Assembly (NCBI GenBank): GCA_964411635.1
Contig: CAYPLP010000001.1
Span: 437,805-501,804, forward strand
Length of the DNA: 64,000 nucleotides
Source: an uncultured Gemmatimonadaceae bacterium
GTDB lineage: Bacteria; Gemmatimonadota; Gemmatimonadetes; Gemmatimonadales; Gemmatimonadaceae
Direction of reading: 5' to 3'
Numbering within the stretch: position 1 is the first letter of the stretch; every line of letters begins with the position of its first letter. The translations under genes were made by a program, and so were the position numbers. The notes below the pieces were generated by a model. The model was not told the origin of the DNA. It searched no databases and saw only the letters and a list, made by a program, of their open reading frames with translations. Shown piece after piece: positions 48,824 through 59,196 of the stretch.

Positions 48824-50215
48824 TCAGGCGGCGATGACAGGCCGGGTCCCGGAACCGGGAATTGTCGTCGGGTTGGGAGCTCCGGCAGGGGGCGCAGGGG
48901 GCGTGGCGGGTGACGCTTCCGTTCCGGCCTGAGCGCTGGTGCGGACCGCGGCCAGCGTGGCATGGGCCCGGGAGGCGCTTCGCGCCAGTGCATTGGCGGA
49001 AACGCTCAACTCCTGGATTCGTGCCTGTTGGGTACCGGCGAGGGTGGCGCCTTCCCGCAGCAGTCGCATCAGCTGATCGGTTTCGTTCACCAGCCTCTCG
49101 AAGCGGAGCGCCAGAGTCTCGCCGGTCCGGCGCAGGTCCTCGTGATCGTCATCCGCCTGGGGATCGAGGGCGCTGTCCTCCGTCGCGGTGCGCTGCAGTT
49201 CTTCCAGGGTAGCAGCGCGTTCCGTGGCGGCACTTCGGGCGGATCTCACCACCTCCGTGGCCTGTTTGCCGGTATCGCTTATCCGGGCAAGCTGCGCCAG
49301 CAGTTCCTGCACCAGGTGCTCGGTCCGGTCGGCTGCCTCTGACGAGCTGCGCGCCAGCCGGCGAACTTCGCCGGCCACCACGGCGAATCCACTGCCTTCT
49401 TCCCCGGCCCGTGCCGCCTCCATGGCTGCATTCAGGGCCAGAAGCTTGGACTGACGCGCCATCTTGCGAACCAGGAGGACGAACCCCTGGATCTCGCCGG
49501 TGGCGCTGCCCAGGGCTTCGGTCTGTGTCGTGACTCCCTGCACCAGAGACGACAGGGAATCGAGTGCTTCCGACTCGCGCTGATGCCTGGCCAATCCTTC
49601 GCGGGCGAGCTGGCGCATCCGACTGGATCGGTCATCCACCTTCGCGGCCGCGTTCGTCAGGCGACCGATCAATCCGCCGGTCCGGACGTGCTGGTCCTGC
49701 ATCTCCTTCGTCACTTCGGTCAGAGCCTCGCAGGACCGCAAGGCGCCCGTGGTGGATTCGGCAAGGCGCTGTGCGGCGCTGAGTGCCGTATTGCCGAGCT
49801 GCGCCACATCGCCGGCCTGAGCACCGAGCCGGGCGGTTGACTCCCGGGCGGATTCCACGATGCTGCGAATGCCGGCAGCAGCGGCACGCGCGGCCGCCTG
49901 AAGCCTGGCGCCGTCCTCGTCGAGCGGTGCCGGCTGTGACTCCCGGGTCAGATCACCCTGCGCGATGCCGGCGAGGAACTGGGCCACGTCATTGGTGTTT
50001 TCGCCCAGGAGCGGCATGATGACCAGGGCGGTGACGATCGCGGTGAGTACGGTCGCTGCGCCGAGGGTGACGAGTCCGATAGCCATCAACCCCGCGGGTG
50101 AAGTCTGGGCAATCAGATCGCGCTGTATCCAGAGTCCCGTGAAGAGCAGGAGCGCGCCGGCGAAACCGCAACGGCCGATCATCGACTCCAGGTTGATGCG
50201 TCTGGAGTCGTGCAT
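48824..50215 (-). CDS. Methyl-accepting chemotaxis protein with minimal periplasmic loop
   Basis: Two closely spaced TM helices are followed by a HAMP domain. The highly conserved MCP signalling domain is present ([31 protein letters not shown]). The start is at an internal Met. Confidence 0.8.
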   Translation of the reverse strand: MHDSRRINLESMIGRCGFAGALLLFTGLWIQRDLIAQTSPAGLMAIGLVTLGAATVLTAIVTALVIMPLLGENTNDVAQFLAGIAQGDLTRESQPAPLDEDGARLQAAARAAAAGIRSIVESARESTARLGAQAGDVAQLGNTALSAAQRLAESTTGALRSCEALTEVTKEMQDQHVRTGGLIGRLTNAAAKVDDRSSRMRQLAREGLARHQRESEALDSLSSLVQGVTTQTEALGSATGEIQGFVLLVRKMARQSKLLALNAAMEAARAGEEGSGFAVVAGEVRRLARSSSEAADRTEHLVQELLAQLARISDTGKQATEVVRSARSAATERAATLEELQRTATEDSALDPQADDDHEDLRRTGETLALRFERLVNETDQLMRLLREGATLAGTQQARIQELSVSANALARSASRAHATLAAVRTSAQAGTEASPATPPAPPAGAPNPTTIPGSGTRPVIAA

Positions 50216-50317
50216 GCTGCCGTCTCCCCGTGACTTCACTGGCCCGCTAGATTGGCTCAACTGGACTCTCCCGCCACTGCCGGCACGTGAGCTTGTGGAC
50301 CGGCCCGATCCTCATCA

Positions 50318-52792
50318 ATGACCAGGTCAAACCCCGATTCGGGCGCACCCGCGTCCGATGGCTACGATCCCACCACCGTCGAGGCGAAGTGGCAGGCCCG
50401 CTGGCGCGAACGCGGTACCAATGAGACCGATCTCGCGCACGGATCCGACCCTTTCTACGCCCTGATGATGTTCCCGTATCCCTCGGCTGAGGGCCTCCAT
50501 GTCGGCAACCTGTTTGCCTTCACGGGGAACGACATATATGGACGATTTCAGCGCCTCCAGGGGCACACCGTGTTCGAGCCCATGGGTTTCGATGCTTTTG
50601 GGATCCACTCGGAGAACTATGCGCTCCGGATCGGCGAGCATCCCATGCGGCTCATTCCCCGCAACGTGGCCAACTTCACGCGGCAGCTTCAGCGCGGCGG
50701 ATTGATGATCGACTGGCGGTACGTGGTGGATACCACCGACCCCGCCTACTACAAGTGGACTCAATGGGTATTTGTCCAGTTGTTCAAGCGGGGGCTGGCC
50801 TATCGCAGGAAAGCCGCGGTCAACTGGTGTCCGACGGACAAGACCGTGCTGGCCAATGAGCAGGTGATCGCCGGTGCCTGTGAGCGATGCGGCAGCATGG
50901 TGGAGCAGCGCTCCCTGACCCAGTGGTTTTTCCGCATCAGTGACTATGCCGAGAGACTGCTGTCCAACCTGGAAGCACTGGACTGGTCGGAAACGACCCG
51001 GATGGCTCAGCGGAACTGGATCGGCAGGAGCGAGGGAGCGGAGATCCGGTTTCCACTTTCACGGCCAGATGGTGGGGCGAATGCGGCGCCGGAGGCCACA
51101 ACCGACATTGTGGTCTTTACCACGCGACCCGATACGGTTTTCGGCGCCACCTACATTGTACTGGCGCCGGAACATCCGCTGGTGGACCAGATCGTGACAC
51201 CGGAGCAGAGCGCGGCGGTGCAGTCCTGCCGCGAATCGTCCGCCCGTCGGGACGTGGTGGCGCGCAAGATCAGCCGGGAAAAGACCGGTGCTTTCACCGG
51301 TGCATTCGCGGTGAATCCCGCCACGGGAAGGGACATCCCGATATGGATCGCGGACTATGTGCTGATGGAGTACGGCACCGGGGCAATCATGGCGGTGCCG
51401 GGTCACGATCAACGCGATTTCGAGTTCGCGACAGCATTCGATCTGCCGGTCATCCGGGTCATAGCTCCATCGGGTACCGCCGCGGATGCACCCTTGACCG
51501 AAGCATTGGTCTCGGAGGAAGGGGTGCTGGTCAATTCCGGGAGGTTCGACGGGACTTCGGCTGGAGAAGCCAAGGCCGCCATGACGCGGTGGCTGGAGTC
51601 GATGGGACGCGCACGGCCCGTGGTGAATTACCGGCTGCATGACTGGTGCATTTCACGCCAGCGCTACTGGGGGCCACCCATTCCGGTCATCCATTGCGAC
51701 TCCTGCGGACCACAGGCAGTGCCCGAACACGATCTCCCTGTCCTGCTTCCCGACATTCCTGACTTCCGACCCGACGACTCGGGTGTTTCGCCCCTGGCGA
51801 GGCATGAACAGTGGTACCGTGTGCCCTGTCCGGGATGTGGTTCCGCGGCCCGGCGCGAGACCGACGTCTCGGACACGTTCCTGGACAGCGCCTGGTACTT
51901 TCTGCGCTACCCCAGCGTGGGGAATGACCGGGTGCCATTCGAGGAGAACGTGACACGAAAGTGGCTCCCGGTCACGTCATACATCGGCGGGAATGAGCAC
52001 GCCGTGCTGCACCTGATGTACGCACGGTTCATAACGATGGTGCTGCACGACATGGGATACCTCGCCTTCGAGGAACCGTTCACGAGGTTCCGCGCCCACG
52101 GGCACATTATCCGGGAGGGCGCCAAGATGTCCAAGACCAAGGGGAACATCGTCAACCCGGATCAGTACTTCGACCAATGGGGTGCGGATTCCTTCCGAAT
52201 GTATCTCATGTTCCTGGGTCCGTTCCAGGAGGGTGGCGATTTCCGGGACGCGGGTATCTCGGGCGTGCGGAGCTTCCTCAACCGTCTCTGGCTGGCGGTG
52301 AACGACTCCCGGATGGATGGCGCGCCTGACGAGGCGGTGCTGCGCAAGCTCCACCAGACAATCCGCAAGGTCGGGGAGGATACCCCACGCCTGTCATACA
52401 ACACCGCGATTGCGGCCATGATGGAATACATGAATACGCTCCGGAAGGGCGAGCGCGTTCCCCATCGTTCCGAAGTGGAACCGCTGGTGCAGTTGGTGGC
52501 GCCGTACGCACCCCACATAGCCGAGGAACTCTGGGAGCGACTGGGACACACGACCAGCGTGATGGACGGCGGATGGCCCGTGTTCGATGCCGGTCTGGCC
52601 GCGGAGGACGCCTTCGAGCTTGCAGTTCAGGTAAACGGAAAGCTTCGAGGCACCGTGACACTGCCGCGGGACGTGGATCAGGAACGGGCTCTCGCTGCGG
52701 CCCTGGCCGAGCCGCAGATCGCCAAGTTCGTGGTTTCGACGCCCCGGAAGGTGGTGTTCGTCCCGGGACGTCTCCTCAATCTCGTGGTCTGA
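50318..52792 (+). CDS. leuS: Leucine--tRNA ligase
   Basis: The HIGH-region equivalent (PYPSAEGLHVGN), the KMSKT motif (KMSKTKGN) and the LeuS N-terminal YDPxxVExKWQ are present. Confidence 0.9.
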   Translation: MTRSNPDSGAPASDGYDPTTVEAKWQARWRERGTNETDLAHGSDPFYALMMFPYPSAEGLHVGNLFAFTGNDIYGRFQRLQGHTVFEPMGFDAFGIHSENYALRIGEHPMRLIPRNVANFTRQLQRGGLMIDWRYVVDTTDPAYYKWTQWVFVQLFKRGLAYRRKAAVNWCPTDKTVLANEQVIAGACERCGSMVEQRSLTQWFFRISDYAERLLSNLEALDWSETTRMAQRNWIGRSEGAEIRFPLSRPDGGANAAPEATTDIVVFTTRPDTVFGATYIVLAPEHPLVDQIVTPEQSAAVQSCRESSARRDVVARKISREKTGAFTGAFAVNPATGRDIPIWIADYVLMEYGTGAIMAVPGHDQRDFEFATAFDLPVIRVIAPSGTAADAPLTEALVSEEGVLVNSGRFDGTSAGEAKAAMTRWLESMGRARPVVNYRLHDWCISRQRYWGPPIPVIHCDSCGPQAVPEHDLPVLLPDIPDFRPDDSGVSPLARHEQWYRVPCPGCGSAARRETDVSDTFLDSAWYFLRYPSVGNDRVPFEENVTRKWLPVTSYIGGNEHAVLHLMYARFITMVLHDMGYLAFEEPFTRFRAHGHIIREGAKMSKTKGNIVNPDQYFDQWGADSFRMYLMFLGPFQEGGDFRDAGISGVRSFLNRLWLAVNDSRMDGAPDEAVLRKLHQTIRKVGEDTPRLSYNTAIAAMMEYMNTLRKGERVPHRSEVEPLVQLVAPYAPHIAEELWERLGHTTSVMDGGWPVFDAGLAAEDAFELAVQVNGKLRGTVTLPRDVDQERALAAALAEPQIAKFVVSTPRKVVFVPGRLLNLVV

Positions 52793-52995
52793 TGGAAGGA
52801 TCATCGATGCCCGGGCAGTAGCGGACCTCGTGGTGATTGCGCCTTTCCGTCAGGACCCCACGGCCGTTTGATTCCCGGGTCGTGATACCTCCACGGCTGC
52901 GGAGTGCTGCGGCAGGGACCCCGGAAGGCGACAACGTCAGGACGATCTGTTCCGTAGTAATCCGCCAGTCGCTCAACGAGCAGGAGTTGGAGGGA

Positions 52996-54678
52996 ATGCG
53001 ATCAGTACTGGGAGTGTCAGCGTTGGTTCTGATTGTCCTTCTCCTCCTGCCGGAGCATGCGCGGGCCCAGATAGTCCGCGGAACCGTCACGGAGCGGGGC
53101 TCCGGCGTTCCGCTCGCGGGTGTCCTCATGTCGCTGGAGACGGAGGGCGGCGCGGGACAGACGGATTTCAACGTCCTGACCGACGAACAGGGTGCGTTTG
53201 CGCTGCGGGGGATCGTGGGTACCTACCGCCTCTCGGCCAAGCGCATTGGTGTCGAACGCTACGTATCGGAACCGTTTGACCTGACGGCCGGCGAGACGCG
53301 GGTGATGGATGTGCAGATGGCGGCCCTGGTCTACCAGCTTCCCGCGGTGCGCATCGTGGATGCGTCTGTCTGCGTGCTTCGCGACGAGGATCGTTCCCGG
53401 GTGAATTCCTTGTGGGATGAAGCACGCACCGCCCTGACTGCGGCCAATCTGTCGCAGCGCGATCGGCTCTTTCAGGGGTCGATCACCCGATACAAGCGTC
53501 GTCTCGATCCCCGTACGCTGAAGGTCCTGGAAGATTCCTGGAGCGAACTGGTCGGCACCTACGACCGTACCTTTACCAGCCCCAGCGGTGATTCACTGTC
53601 CCGGATTGGCTACTGGCGCGTGACGGGCACGGATGCGGTCTATTATGCGCCCGATGGAGACGTTCTCCTCTCCCGCGCCTTTCGTCGCGACCACTGCTTT
53701 TCGATCGTCGAGAATGCGGAGGCCCGTTCCGGGATGATCGGTCTGGGCTTCACGCCGGTTGCAACCCGGAGGATTCCCGATGTGCAGGGCGTGCTCTGGA
53801 TGGATGCGCGTACGTTCGCTCTCGAGCTGGTGGAGTTCGGTTACACCCAGCTTCCCGAGGCGGAGAACTCCGGCCATGTGGGCGGTGAGCTGCGCTTCGC
53901 AAGACTGGCCAATGGTGCGTGGGTGACCTCCCGGTGGTCACTGCGGATGCCGGAGTACATTGCTTCCACGGACACACGGAGCCCGGTCCTGATGACCAGA
54001 CCGGTTGTCCGCGCGTTGATAGAAGAGGGCGGGATGGCATTTGGTCCGGGGCTCCGGTTGTACACGACCCCGGCGGGTGTCACGGGTACCCTGGCGGACA
54101 GCGCTGGACAGCCGGCATCCGGAGTGTCAGTGCGTCTGGCAGGAACGCCCTATGCCACCCGAACCACATCCACGGGTGCATTCCGCCTGGACAGCCTTCC
54201 GGCGGGCCACTTCACACTGCTGGCGGAGGAACCTGGCTACGCGGCGTTCGGTACGGCGGCCGCCGAGTTGGGTGTGGATCTGCTCGAAGGAGTCACGACG
54301 GAGGTGACACTTCGCGCGCAGAACGGGGAGCAACTGGCGAATCAGTTCTGTCCGGGTGTGCGCCTGGGACGGAACCGGGGAATCGTGCGGGCCGTGGTGG
54401 TGGATCGTGACACTGGGCGTCCGCTCAGCGGCATGGCGGCATGGTTGAGATGGGGTCGCAACCTTGCTGCCGGTGGCGATGCCCGTTCGGGTGGTCGTGA
54501 TGGCGAGGAGCGGCGCACGGACGCCACCGGCGCGGTGACCTGGTGCAACGTGCCCGCCAACACGCCCATGGCGATGTCCGGTGTAAATGCGTTAGGCAGG
54601 CCCGCGCGGGATTCCGTCATGATCACGGTAAGGTCCGGAGCGGTCGTGCCGGTCCGGCTGGCAACCAGGCGTCCCTGA
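52996..54678 (+). CDS. Secreted protein with N- and C-terminal carboxypeptidase-regulatory-like (CarbopepD_reg) domains
   Basis: A Shine-Dalgarno GGAGG lies upstream. It has a signal peptide. IVRGTVTERGSGVPLAGVLMSL is repeated as IVRAVVVDRDTGRPLSGMAAWL near the C-terminus. Confidence 0.6.
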   Translation: MRSVLGVSALVLIVLLLLPEHARAQIVRGTVTERGSGVPLAGVLMSLETEGGAGQTDFNVLTDEQGAFALRGIVGTYRLSAKRIGVERYVSEPFDLTAGETRVMDVQMAALVYQLPAVRIVDASVCVLRDEDRSRVNSLWDEARTALTAANLSQRDRLFQGSITRYKRRLDPRTLKVLEDSWSELVGTYDRTFTSPSGDSLSRIGYWRVTGTDAVYYAPDGDVLLSRAFRRDHCFSIVENAEARSGMIGLGFTPVATRRIPDVQGVLWMDARTFALELVEFGYTQLPEAENSGHVGGELRFARLANGAWVTSRWSLRMPEYIASTDTRSPVLMTRPVVRALIEEGGMAFGPGLRLYTTPAGVTGTLADSAGQPASGVSVRLAGTPYATRTTSTGAFRLDSLPAGHFTLLAEEPGYAAFGTAAAELGVDLLEGVTTEVTLRAQNGEQLANQFCPGVRLGRNRGIVRAVVVDRDTGRPLSGMAAWLRWGRNLAAGGDARSGGRDGEERRTDATGAVTWCNVPANTPMAMSGVNALGRPARDSVMITVRSGAVVPVRLATRRP

Positions 54679-54694
54679 GTCGGAGTGGCCGGGA

Positions 54695-55855
54695 TCAGAG
54701 GGTCTCCAGCCAGCGACTGACCCAGCCGCCGGCGAAGTAGCCTGCCACCGCCACACCCAGGCCGACGACGAACATGTCCATGCCCGACCGCCACAGGCCC
54801 CGTCCGGTGAATACCGAGCGGGCGGCGCCAACCAGAAAGTGGGCCAGCATGGCGATGGCGAACGAGAGCACGATGGCCGGTCTTCCCTGCAGAATGAAGA
54901 ACGGCAGCACCGGCAGCAATGCGCCTATGGCGGTGGCGGTGCCGGTGATCCAGCCTTCCCGCAATGGGGAAATGGCACCCGGGGTGATTCCCAGTTCCGA
55001 CTGCACCTTTTCCTGAAGCATCCGCTCGGGGTCCTTGAGAGTCTCGTTCGCCAGCTGAAGGGCACTCGCCGCCGGCAGACCCTTCTGTTCATAGATCAGT
55101 GCCAGTTCGTCGCGCTCCAGTTCCGGCATGTAGGCGATTTCGTCGCGTTCCATGGCGACCTCATGCGCGTGAACCTCCAGCTCGCTCTTGGCCGCCAGGT
55201 ATCCGCTGGAGCCCATGGAGAGAGCGTCGGCGATGAGGCCCGCGACACCCGCCACGACGACGGCCTCGTGCTGAGCCGATGCGGTTGCTCCCAGTACGCC
55301 CGCCACCAGGCCGAAATTCGCCGTGAGTCCGTCGTTGAAGCCGTAGACCGTGTTGCGCAGGAATCCACCGGACTCCACGCGGTGCCACGGTTCACCCATT
55401 CCGGCGGCACCAGCCAGGTTGGCCAGTTCAGCGGCATGTTCCGCGCTCTCCCGCGCCAACTTCAGAGCCTCCGCCCGCCCCGCGGTATCCGCGGGCGTGT
55501 TGCGATGCATGACGATGTACTCGCGTACTTCACGCCCCTCCTCGCGCAGCAGGAGCGAGATCAGCAGTGCGGGACCGAACCGCCGTCCCAGGAAGGCCAG
55601 CAGCCGGGTGCGTGCCGATGGATGGAATGCTCCGGGCGGTCGTCCATGGCGTCGAAGAAGATCACCCCAGATGACCGCATGCTGTTTCTCGATTTCGTGC
55701 AGACGCCGGAATGTGGCTGCGCGCGCGGGTTCGACTTCGATATCCGCCAGGACGCCGTAGAGATATGCGGCATTGCTTTCGTCCTGCCAATGCTCATGGA
55801 AACTGCTGAGGTCGGGCTGTCCGGGGCTCCTCCGGTGGTCGGGGTCGGTCGTCAT
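54695..55855 (-). CDS. Ferritin-like (rubrerythrin-type) domain fused to VIT1/CCC1-family iron/manganese transporter
   Basis: The N-terminus has ferritin-like ExxH-type helices (ESNAAYLYG...HEIEKQHA). The C-terminus has VIT1 features (YGFNDGLTANFGLVAGV) and 5 TM helices. Confidence 0.7.
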   Translation of the reverse strand: MTTDPDHRRSPGQPDLSSFHEHWQDESNAAYLYGVLADIEVEPARAATFRRLHEIEKQHAVIWGDLLRRHGRPPGAFHPSARTRLLAFLGRRFGPALLISLLLREEGREVREYIVMHRNTPADTAGRAEALKLARESAEHAAELANLAGAAGMGEPWHRVESGGFLRNTVYGFNDGLTANFGLVAGVLGATASAQHEAVVVAGVAGLIADALSMGSSGYLAAKSELEVHAHEVAMERDEIAYMPELERDELALIYEQKGLPAASALQLANETLKDPERMLQEKVQSELGITPGAISPLREGWITGTATAIGALLPVLPFFILQGRPAIVLSFAIAMLAHFLVGAARSVFTGRGLWRSGMDMFVVGLGVAVAGYFAGGWVSRWLETL

Positions 55856-56000
55856 GCGGGAAGCATGCAGTGAAGGGAAGGGAACCGGGAGGTGGGCCTG
55901 TATCCCCGGCACGGCGATCCGTTCGATTGCGGAAGCATCAGTGGGCAACCGTGGCCATCAGGACCGGTGACACACGAGCGGAACCCGAAGCGAGGGCATA

Positions 56001-57029
56001 ATGCGGAGTCTCATTCTGCTGACGGCAATGACGGTGGCCATGCCTGGATCGGCGGCCCTGGCGCAGGTCAGCGTCCAGATCTCTCCCCGTGTCTGGGCCA
56101 TGGCCGGCGGTGACCCATCCCGGCCGGTAATCGGCATTTCCACGCGCAGTTCGGGGAAACGGGACACCCTCGGGCTCCTGGTTGAGTCCGTAACGAAGGG
56201 CAGTCCTGCCGACAGTGCAGGCATCGAGGACGGAGATCGACTGGCTTCAGTGAACGGAATCAGCCTGCGACTGACTCCAGCGGATGCCGGTGATCCGGAT
56301 CTGCAGGGAACGGCCAACCGTCGCCTGGTCCGGGAACTGGAGAAACTGGGAACGGGAGCTCAGGTGGAACTGGAGGTCTACCGCGATGGTCAGACCAGGA
56401 CCGTCAGGCTGAAGACGGTACCGGCCCGGGAACTCACGATGCCACTCTCCGCGTCGTTCGGGCGGATCGCCCGGGAGGCGGAGAATCGTGCCGTACTCGG
56501 CGTATCGTTAGGCGGCACCGGCAGCCCGCGCGATACATCGGGCATCCTGGTCGTGGGCGTGGTGGACGATGGCCCCGCCGCGAAGGCAGGTGTAGGGGAG
56601 GGAGATCGCATAGCGTCCATCAATGGCGTCGAACTGCGTGTGGCACCTGAAGATGCCGGTGACCCGGCAGCCAGTCAGGCGAGAATGAACCGCCTCGTCC
56701 GGGAAATGGAGAAGGTGGAGGTGGGCGAAGAGGTAGACCTGACGCTCTGGGTGAATGGCCGGACGAAGAAGGTGCAGGTCACAGCCGCAAGTGCGTCCGA
56801 GGTGCACCAGGGCAGCGGGCTCTTCTTCAACGACCTTTCCGACGTTGCCGGTTGGCTCCGGGGTATGGAACTCCTCCCGGGCGGCGTGCTTCGCCTTTAT
56901 CGGGATGGAACGGTTCCGGGCGGCAGGATCCTGCCGCGAACCATCATCACCGCTGAGGACGGATTCACGCCGGAGTTCCCGCGGAAACCCCAGGCCAGCA
57001 CGTCAGGCGGGCTGCGCCGGGCCCGGTGA
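56001..57029 (+). CDS. Secreted protein with two PDZ domains (no protease domain)
   Basis: It has a signal peptide. The PDZ carboxylate-binding loop (GLLVESVTKGSPADSAGIEDGDRLASVNG) is repeated (GILVVGVVDDGPAAKAGVGEGDRIASINGVEL). Confidence 0.65.
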   Translation: MRSLILLTAMTVAMPGSAALAQVSVQISPRVWAMAGGDPSRPVIGISTRSSGKRDTLGLLVESVTKGSPADSAGIEDGDRLASVNGISLRLTPADAGDPDLQGTANRRLVRELEKLGTGAQVELEVYRDGQTRTVRLKTVPARELTMPLSASFGRIAREAENRAVLGVSLGGTGSPRDTSGILVVGVVDDGPAAKAGVGEGDRIASINGVELRVAPEDAGDPAASQARMNRLVREMEKVEVGEEVDLTLWVNGRTKKVQVTAASASEVHQGSGLFFNDLSDVAGWLRGMELLPGGVLRLYRDGTVPGGRILPRTIITAEDGFTPEFPRKPQASTSGGLRRAR

Positions 57030-57058
57030 GGCTGCGCCGAGGTCAGTGCCGGGACTGC

Positions 57059-59050
57059 TCAGAACTCTATCTGCGCCCCCAGCTCCACCACCCGATTGGG
57101 AGGAATCCCGAAGTATTCGGTCGCGGTCCGGGCGTTCCTGGCCATCACGGCGAAGACCTTCTTTCGCCAGCGAGCCATTCCCGAGCTGTCCACCGGGATG
57201 AGTCGTTCCCGGCCAAGATAGTAGGTGATGTCCATCCGACGGGCACGGATCCCGGCCTCACCACAGCGCACGCGGATCTCCTCGGCGCTGGGGGACTGCA
57301 TGAACCCGTAGAATGCCTTCACGCGGAATACTCCGAAGCCCAGGTCTTCGACCGTGACACGTTCGGAAGAGGGCACCTCGGGAACCTCCTGGACGATTAC
57401 CGACAGCAGCAGGACCTGTTCGTGCAGAACCTTGTTGTGCTTCAGGTGGTGCAGGAGGACCACGGGAGATCCCTCGGATTCCGAGGTCATGAACACTGCC
57501 GTTCCGGGAACCCGCACCACCCTTGATTCCTGGAGGTTGCGGATCAGTTCCTCCACGGGAAGCGTGCGGTCCAGGAGCTTGGTACGGAGCAGGTCCCGCC
57601 CTCTCTTCCAGGTGGTCATCAGGGTGAAGACCAGGAAGGCAATGAGGAGCGGTACCCAGCCGCCCGTCGTAACCTTGAGAAGATTGGCGGCAAATAGCGC
57701 GAGGTCGAGCGCCAGGAAAAAGGCCAGGAAGGCCCAAACCTGCCACGGTTTCCAGCCGAAACGTTCGCCTGCCAGGGTCGAGAAGAGAACAGTGGTTATT
57801 GCCATGGTCCCGGTGACAGCGAGCCCGTAGGCGCCACCCAGTGCGTTCGAGGAACCGAAGCCGAAAACCAGCAGGAGGGTACCAACGGCGAGGGCGGCGT
57901 TCACTTCCGGGACGTATATCTGTCCCGCTTCCTGCTTGGAGGTATGGACTATGGTGACGCGCGGCGAGTAGCCGAGCTGGACCGCCTGCTGTGTCATCGA
58001 AAACGCCCCGGAAATCAGGGCCTGCGACGCAACGATGGCCGCCAGTGTCGCGATGACCAACATGGGATAGAGATACCAGGCTGGAACCAGGCGGAAGAAC
58101 GGATTGTCGATGGCGGAGGGATCGGAGAGGAGCAGGGCTCCCTGACCGAGGTAGTTGAGCAGGAGTGACGGCAGCACCAGACCGAGCCATACCACACGTA
58201 TGGGACGCGCTCCGAAGTGGCCCATGTCGGCGTAGAGCGCTTCGCCACCGGTGACGACGAGCACGACCCCGCCCAGCACGGTGAAGGAGGCAACCGGGTG
58301 GGCCTCAAAGAACAGGAAGGCGTGCCAGGGGAAAATCGAGGTGAGGATTTCGGGATGAAGAATTATCCCGCGTACCCCGAGAACTGCGATACTGAAGAAC
58401 CAGAGAAGCATGATCCAGGCGAAGGTTCCGCCGACCTTGGCCGTGCCGTGACTCTGGAAGTAGAAGAGAGCTGCGATGATCAGGGCACTGACAACGATGA
58501 CGACCCCGCTCCCCAGCGCCGGAGCCGCTACCTGGAGACCCTCCACTGCGCTCAGCACCGAGATGGCGGGCGTGATGATCCCATCGCCGTAGAGGAACGC
58601 GCCCCCAAACAGACCCAGCATGACGAGGGTGGTTCGTCCCCAGATTCGTCCACCTTCGGTGGGATGAAGCACGAGTGCCAGCAGGGCGAAAACGCCACCC
58701 TCACCCCGGTTGTCAGCTCTCAGGATGTAGCCGACGTACTTGACCGAGATGATCAGGATGAGGGACCAGATGATCAGCGACAGGATTCCATAGACGTTGT
58801 CCGTGGAAACGGTCAGGCCGTATTCCGGCTTGAAGCACTCCTTCATGGCGTAGAGCGTACTGGTGCCGATGTCGCCATAAACGACACCCAGTGCCGTGAA
58901 GGAGAGGACCAGAAGTCGCTTTCCGGTGGGATGCGCTTCGGGGTGTGACCGTTCTGGTGGTGCAATGAATTCGGTAGTCGCCGCCAGGTTGGTTCCGGTG
59001 TTGCTTGCCGAATTCGAACTCCCGTCTGATGCGGGAGGGTCGTCACTCAT
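57059..59050 (-). CDS. kup: KUP/HAK/KT potassium uptake transporter
   Basis: The Kup signature GVVYGDIGTSTLYA is present. There are 12 TM helices and a cytoplasmic C-domain. Confidence 0.9.
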   Translation of the reverse strand: MSDDPPASDGSSNSASNTGTNLAATTEFIAPPERSHPEAHPTGKRLLVLSFTALGVVYGDIGTSTLYAMKECFKPEYGLTVSTDNVYGILSLIIWSLILIISVKYVGYILRADNRGEGGVFALLALVLHPTEGGRIWGRTTLVMLGLFGGAFLYGDGIITPAISVLSAVEGLQVAAPALGSGVVIVVSALIIAALFYFQSHGTAKVGGTFAWIMLLWFFSIAVLGVRGIILHPEILTSIFPWHAFLFFEAHPVASFTVLGGVVLVVTGGEALYADMGHFGARPIRVVWLGLVLPSLLLNYLGQGALLLSDPSAIDNPFFRLVPAWYLYPMLVIATLAAIVASQALISGAFSMTQQAVQLGYSPRVTIVHTSKQEAGQIYVPEVNAALAVGTLLLVFGFGSSNALGGAYGLAVTGTMAITTVLFSTLAGERFGWKPWQVWAFLAFFLALDLALFAANLLKVTTGGWVPLLIAFLVFTLMTTWKRGRDLLRTKLLDRTLPVEELIRNLQESRVVRVPGTAVFMTSESEGSPVVLLHHLKHNKVLHEQVLLLSVIVQEVPEVPSSERVTVEDLGFGVFRVKAFYGFMQSPSAEEIRVRCGEAGIRARRMDITYYLGRERLIPVDSSGMARWRKKVFAVMARNARTATEYFGIPPNRVVELGAQIEF

Positions 59051-59114
59051 TTCTTGGAGAGGTTGGAATCGGTCTCAGGAGTGTCCGAAGTCAAACGGGG
59101 TCTTGCCGAGCAAT

Positions 59115-59149
59115 GAAAAAAACGAATGGGCCACGTATTCGCGACCCAT
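59115..59149 (-). terminator. Rho-independent terminator between padR and kup (10-bp stem with two G-U pairs, loop AAUA, U7)
   Basis: The minus-strand RNA is augggucgcg-aaua-cguggcccau followed by ucguuuuuuu. It lies 44 nt upstream of the kup ATG. Confidence 0.65.
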
Positions 59150-59196
59150 TCTTCCACTCCCGCTTCCCCCTTCCCGCTTCCCTCTTCCCGCTCAGT

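Noticed and set aside
59150-59196. CT-rich repeat (cttccc x5) initially considered a possible CRISPR- or microsatellite-like element
   Set aside because: It is too short and irregular for CRISPR. I reinterpreted it as the purine-rich (GGGAAG)n leader on the minus-strand transcript between padR and kup, reported under findings.
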